7,646 bases of DNA, from assembly GCF_006345805.1 (NCBI RefSeq), contig NW_021828813.1:1-7646 (forward strand), read 5' to 3'. The position numbers and the translations under genes were made by a program. The notes beneath the pieces were generated by a model. That model was not told where the DNA came from. It ran no database searches and saw only the letters and a list, made by a program, of their open reading frames with translations. This document shows positions 6,167 to 7,646 of this stretch, in pieces. Position 1 is the stretch's first letter. Each line of letters starts with the position of its first letter. Source of the stretch: Octopus sinensis (lineage: Eukaryota).

Positions 6167-6777
6167 TTATCTTACTATAATCAGCAACAAACGCATTTCC
6201 TCAATATAAAAGTCTTTATCAGCTAAAAAAAATAGGATTATCAAAACATGAAGGTAAAACCATACAAATAGCGGCGTATCCACCGGAAAATACGGTAATT
6301 GTAGTGGCAAAGACAAGTTCGCTCGCTGGTTGCTAACTGATAGTGTAGAAGGGAGGGAAAGAGTAAGGAATGCACGGTGTTGACTAGAAAGGAAGAAAGG
6401 ATAAAGGTGACATCATCTTCGCTCGCCGTACGAATAGAATAGAATGGTGACATTTAGTAGAAATGACCCGGAAGATGTTCATCTTCGATTACTATCGCAA
6501 ACAGAAGTAGCTTTCTCCAACCAAATACACGTCGTTGTTTGGCTGAAATTACCCAAATACGACAACTTTAACACGAAATAACTTCTAAAATACGAAATTT
6601 CGGCAAAAACGTTCAGAGTAAGCAGTTTTCTACGTGAGAAATTGCACCAGTATTCGAACTTTCAAACTGTTTAGTTAAAAGAATTTATTTAAATAGTCTG
6701 TGATTGAGATGGAATAGATTCCCTGGCGATTCATCTATAGAAAACTGATAGAATAAGTACCAGATCTGAAAAGAACA

Positions 6778-6832
6778 TAATCATCATCATCGTCGTGGTT
6801 AATAACAACAACAATAACAACAAGAGCAAACA

Positions 6833-6905
<73 letters not shown>

Positions 6906-6920
6906 AACGCACACACACGC
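6778..6920. repeat. Compound (ATC)n/(AAC)n/(CA)n microsatellite
   Basis: Directly visible. Confidence 0.97.
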
Positions 6921-7159
6921 AAAGTCAAAACAAAACTGAAGTTCTTGAGGGCGGCGAGAAGGGAACCACGATTTTTTTCCATTAAAACTTGCAAAATGTT
7001 GCTCCAGCTGGGTCAACGTCCAGTGACTGTGACGAATAAGAAGTGTGGAAGTTAAGTCAAGGTGCTTTGACATATTTGTTTTGATTATGAAATATACACC
7101 GAATTACCGATGCAATAATTCAGGGGCATGCGTCAGTAAGATTAATACAAAGAACAGTA

Positions 7160-7646
7160 CAGGGTGGTGGTGGGGATACAGTTGTTGGGGAGGGTGGTGT
7201 TGTTGTTGTCGGTGATTGTGTTGATGGTGGTGGTCGCTGTTGTAGTGAACGATATGTTGCGCAGTAGAATAGAGAGGAATGACAAGCGTAATGTGCACGA
7301 ATATATTACAATGCATGTATATAGATCTGTGAGTGTATGTGTGTACGTGTGTGTGTGTGTGAAAGAGATAGAGAAAGAGAGAGAGTGAAAGCGGGGCACA
7401 CAGAAGGGGATGCGTAACGTGTGAGATAATGAAAGATACACGAAGAAGGAGAGAGGCAGAGAGAGCGAGAAGTGAGTAAAGGGGGCTGGAGTTTGTGCAT
7501 GTGCGTGCATATGTTCTCGCCTGGTGTGAATATGAGAGATAATGAGAAATACATACTGCAAGAGTGAGAGAAGAGAGAGAGGGAGAGATGGAGGGTGAGA
7601 CAGAGGGATATATGGACAAATAAAGAAAGAGAGGGAGAAGGAAAGA
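7160..7646. repeat. Low-complexity region: GGT/GTT triplets, (TG)n, GA-rich tracts
   Basis: Directly visible; explains the His/Thr/Ser/Leu-rich ORFs in 7104-7619. Confidence 0.85.

Noticed and set aside
6176-6222. 47-nt minus-strand mini-exon (ttttttttag|...|gtaaga; one open phase DKDFYIEEMRLLLII)
   Set aside because: Such splice-like signals are common by chance; no partner exon or transcript evidence.
7104-7619. Longest ORFs (171 aa and 139 aa, minus strand), with His/Gln/Thr runs
   Set aside because: They overlap in several frames across low-complexity GA/GT/GGT tracts; no recognisable motif or convincing splice structure.
1-7646. CRISPR array or other prokaryotic system
   Set aside because: Repeats are pairs or microsatellites, not regularly spaced repeat-spacer units; the content is eukaryotic.

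Overview
AT-rich, microsatellite-dense eukaryotic DNA with no supportable intact gene. It is most likely an octopus/cephalopod genome, inferred from my recall of the tRNA-derived SINE family and not database-checked. Nearly all ORFs in the track are translations of (TA)n/(CA)n/(GA)n tracts. The window is a stack of mobile-element pieces: a near-complete tRNA-derived SINE plus two older fragments, two small fold-back (MITE-like) elements, a decayed LINE ORF1 with a CCHC zinc knuckle (minus strand, 5795-6166), and several local duplications. The most striking feature is a 203-bp inverted repeat pair (4215-4417 / 4883-5085). Each arm carries a complete type I hammerhead ribozyme motif: CUGAAGA core, 11-bp stem II, GAAA, palindromic ACACGUGU stem III and a GUA cleavage triplet, followed by AATAAA. 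This is the signature of Penelope-like pseudo-LTRs, here in a divergent, non-coding arrangement that abuts (TA)n tracts and sits between two 163-bp direct repeats. A second, degenerate hammerhead of a different family lies at 1413-1447. Caveat: some duplicated copies differ almost only by 1-bp indels, so unpolished long-read error or local misassembly needs excluding.
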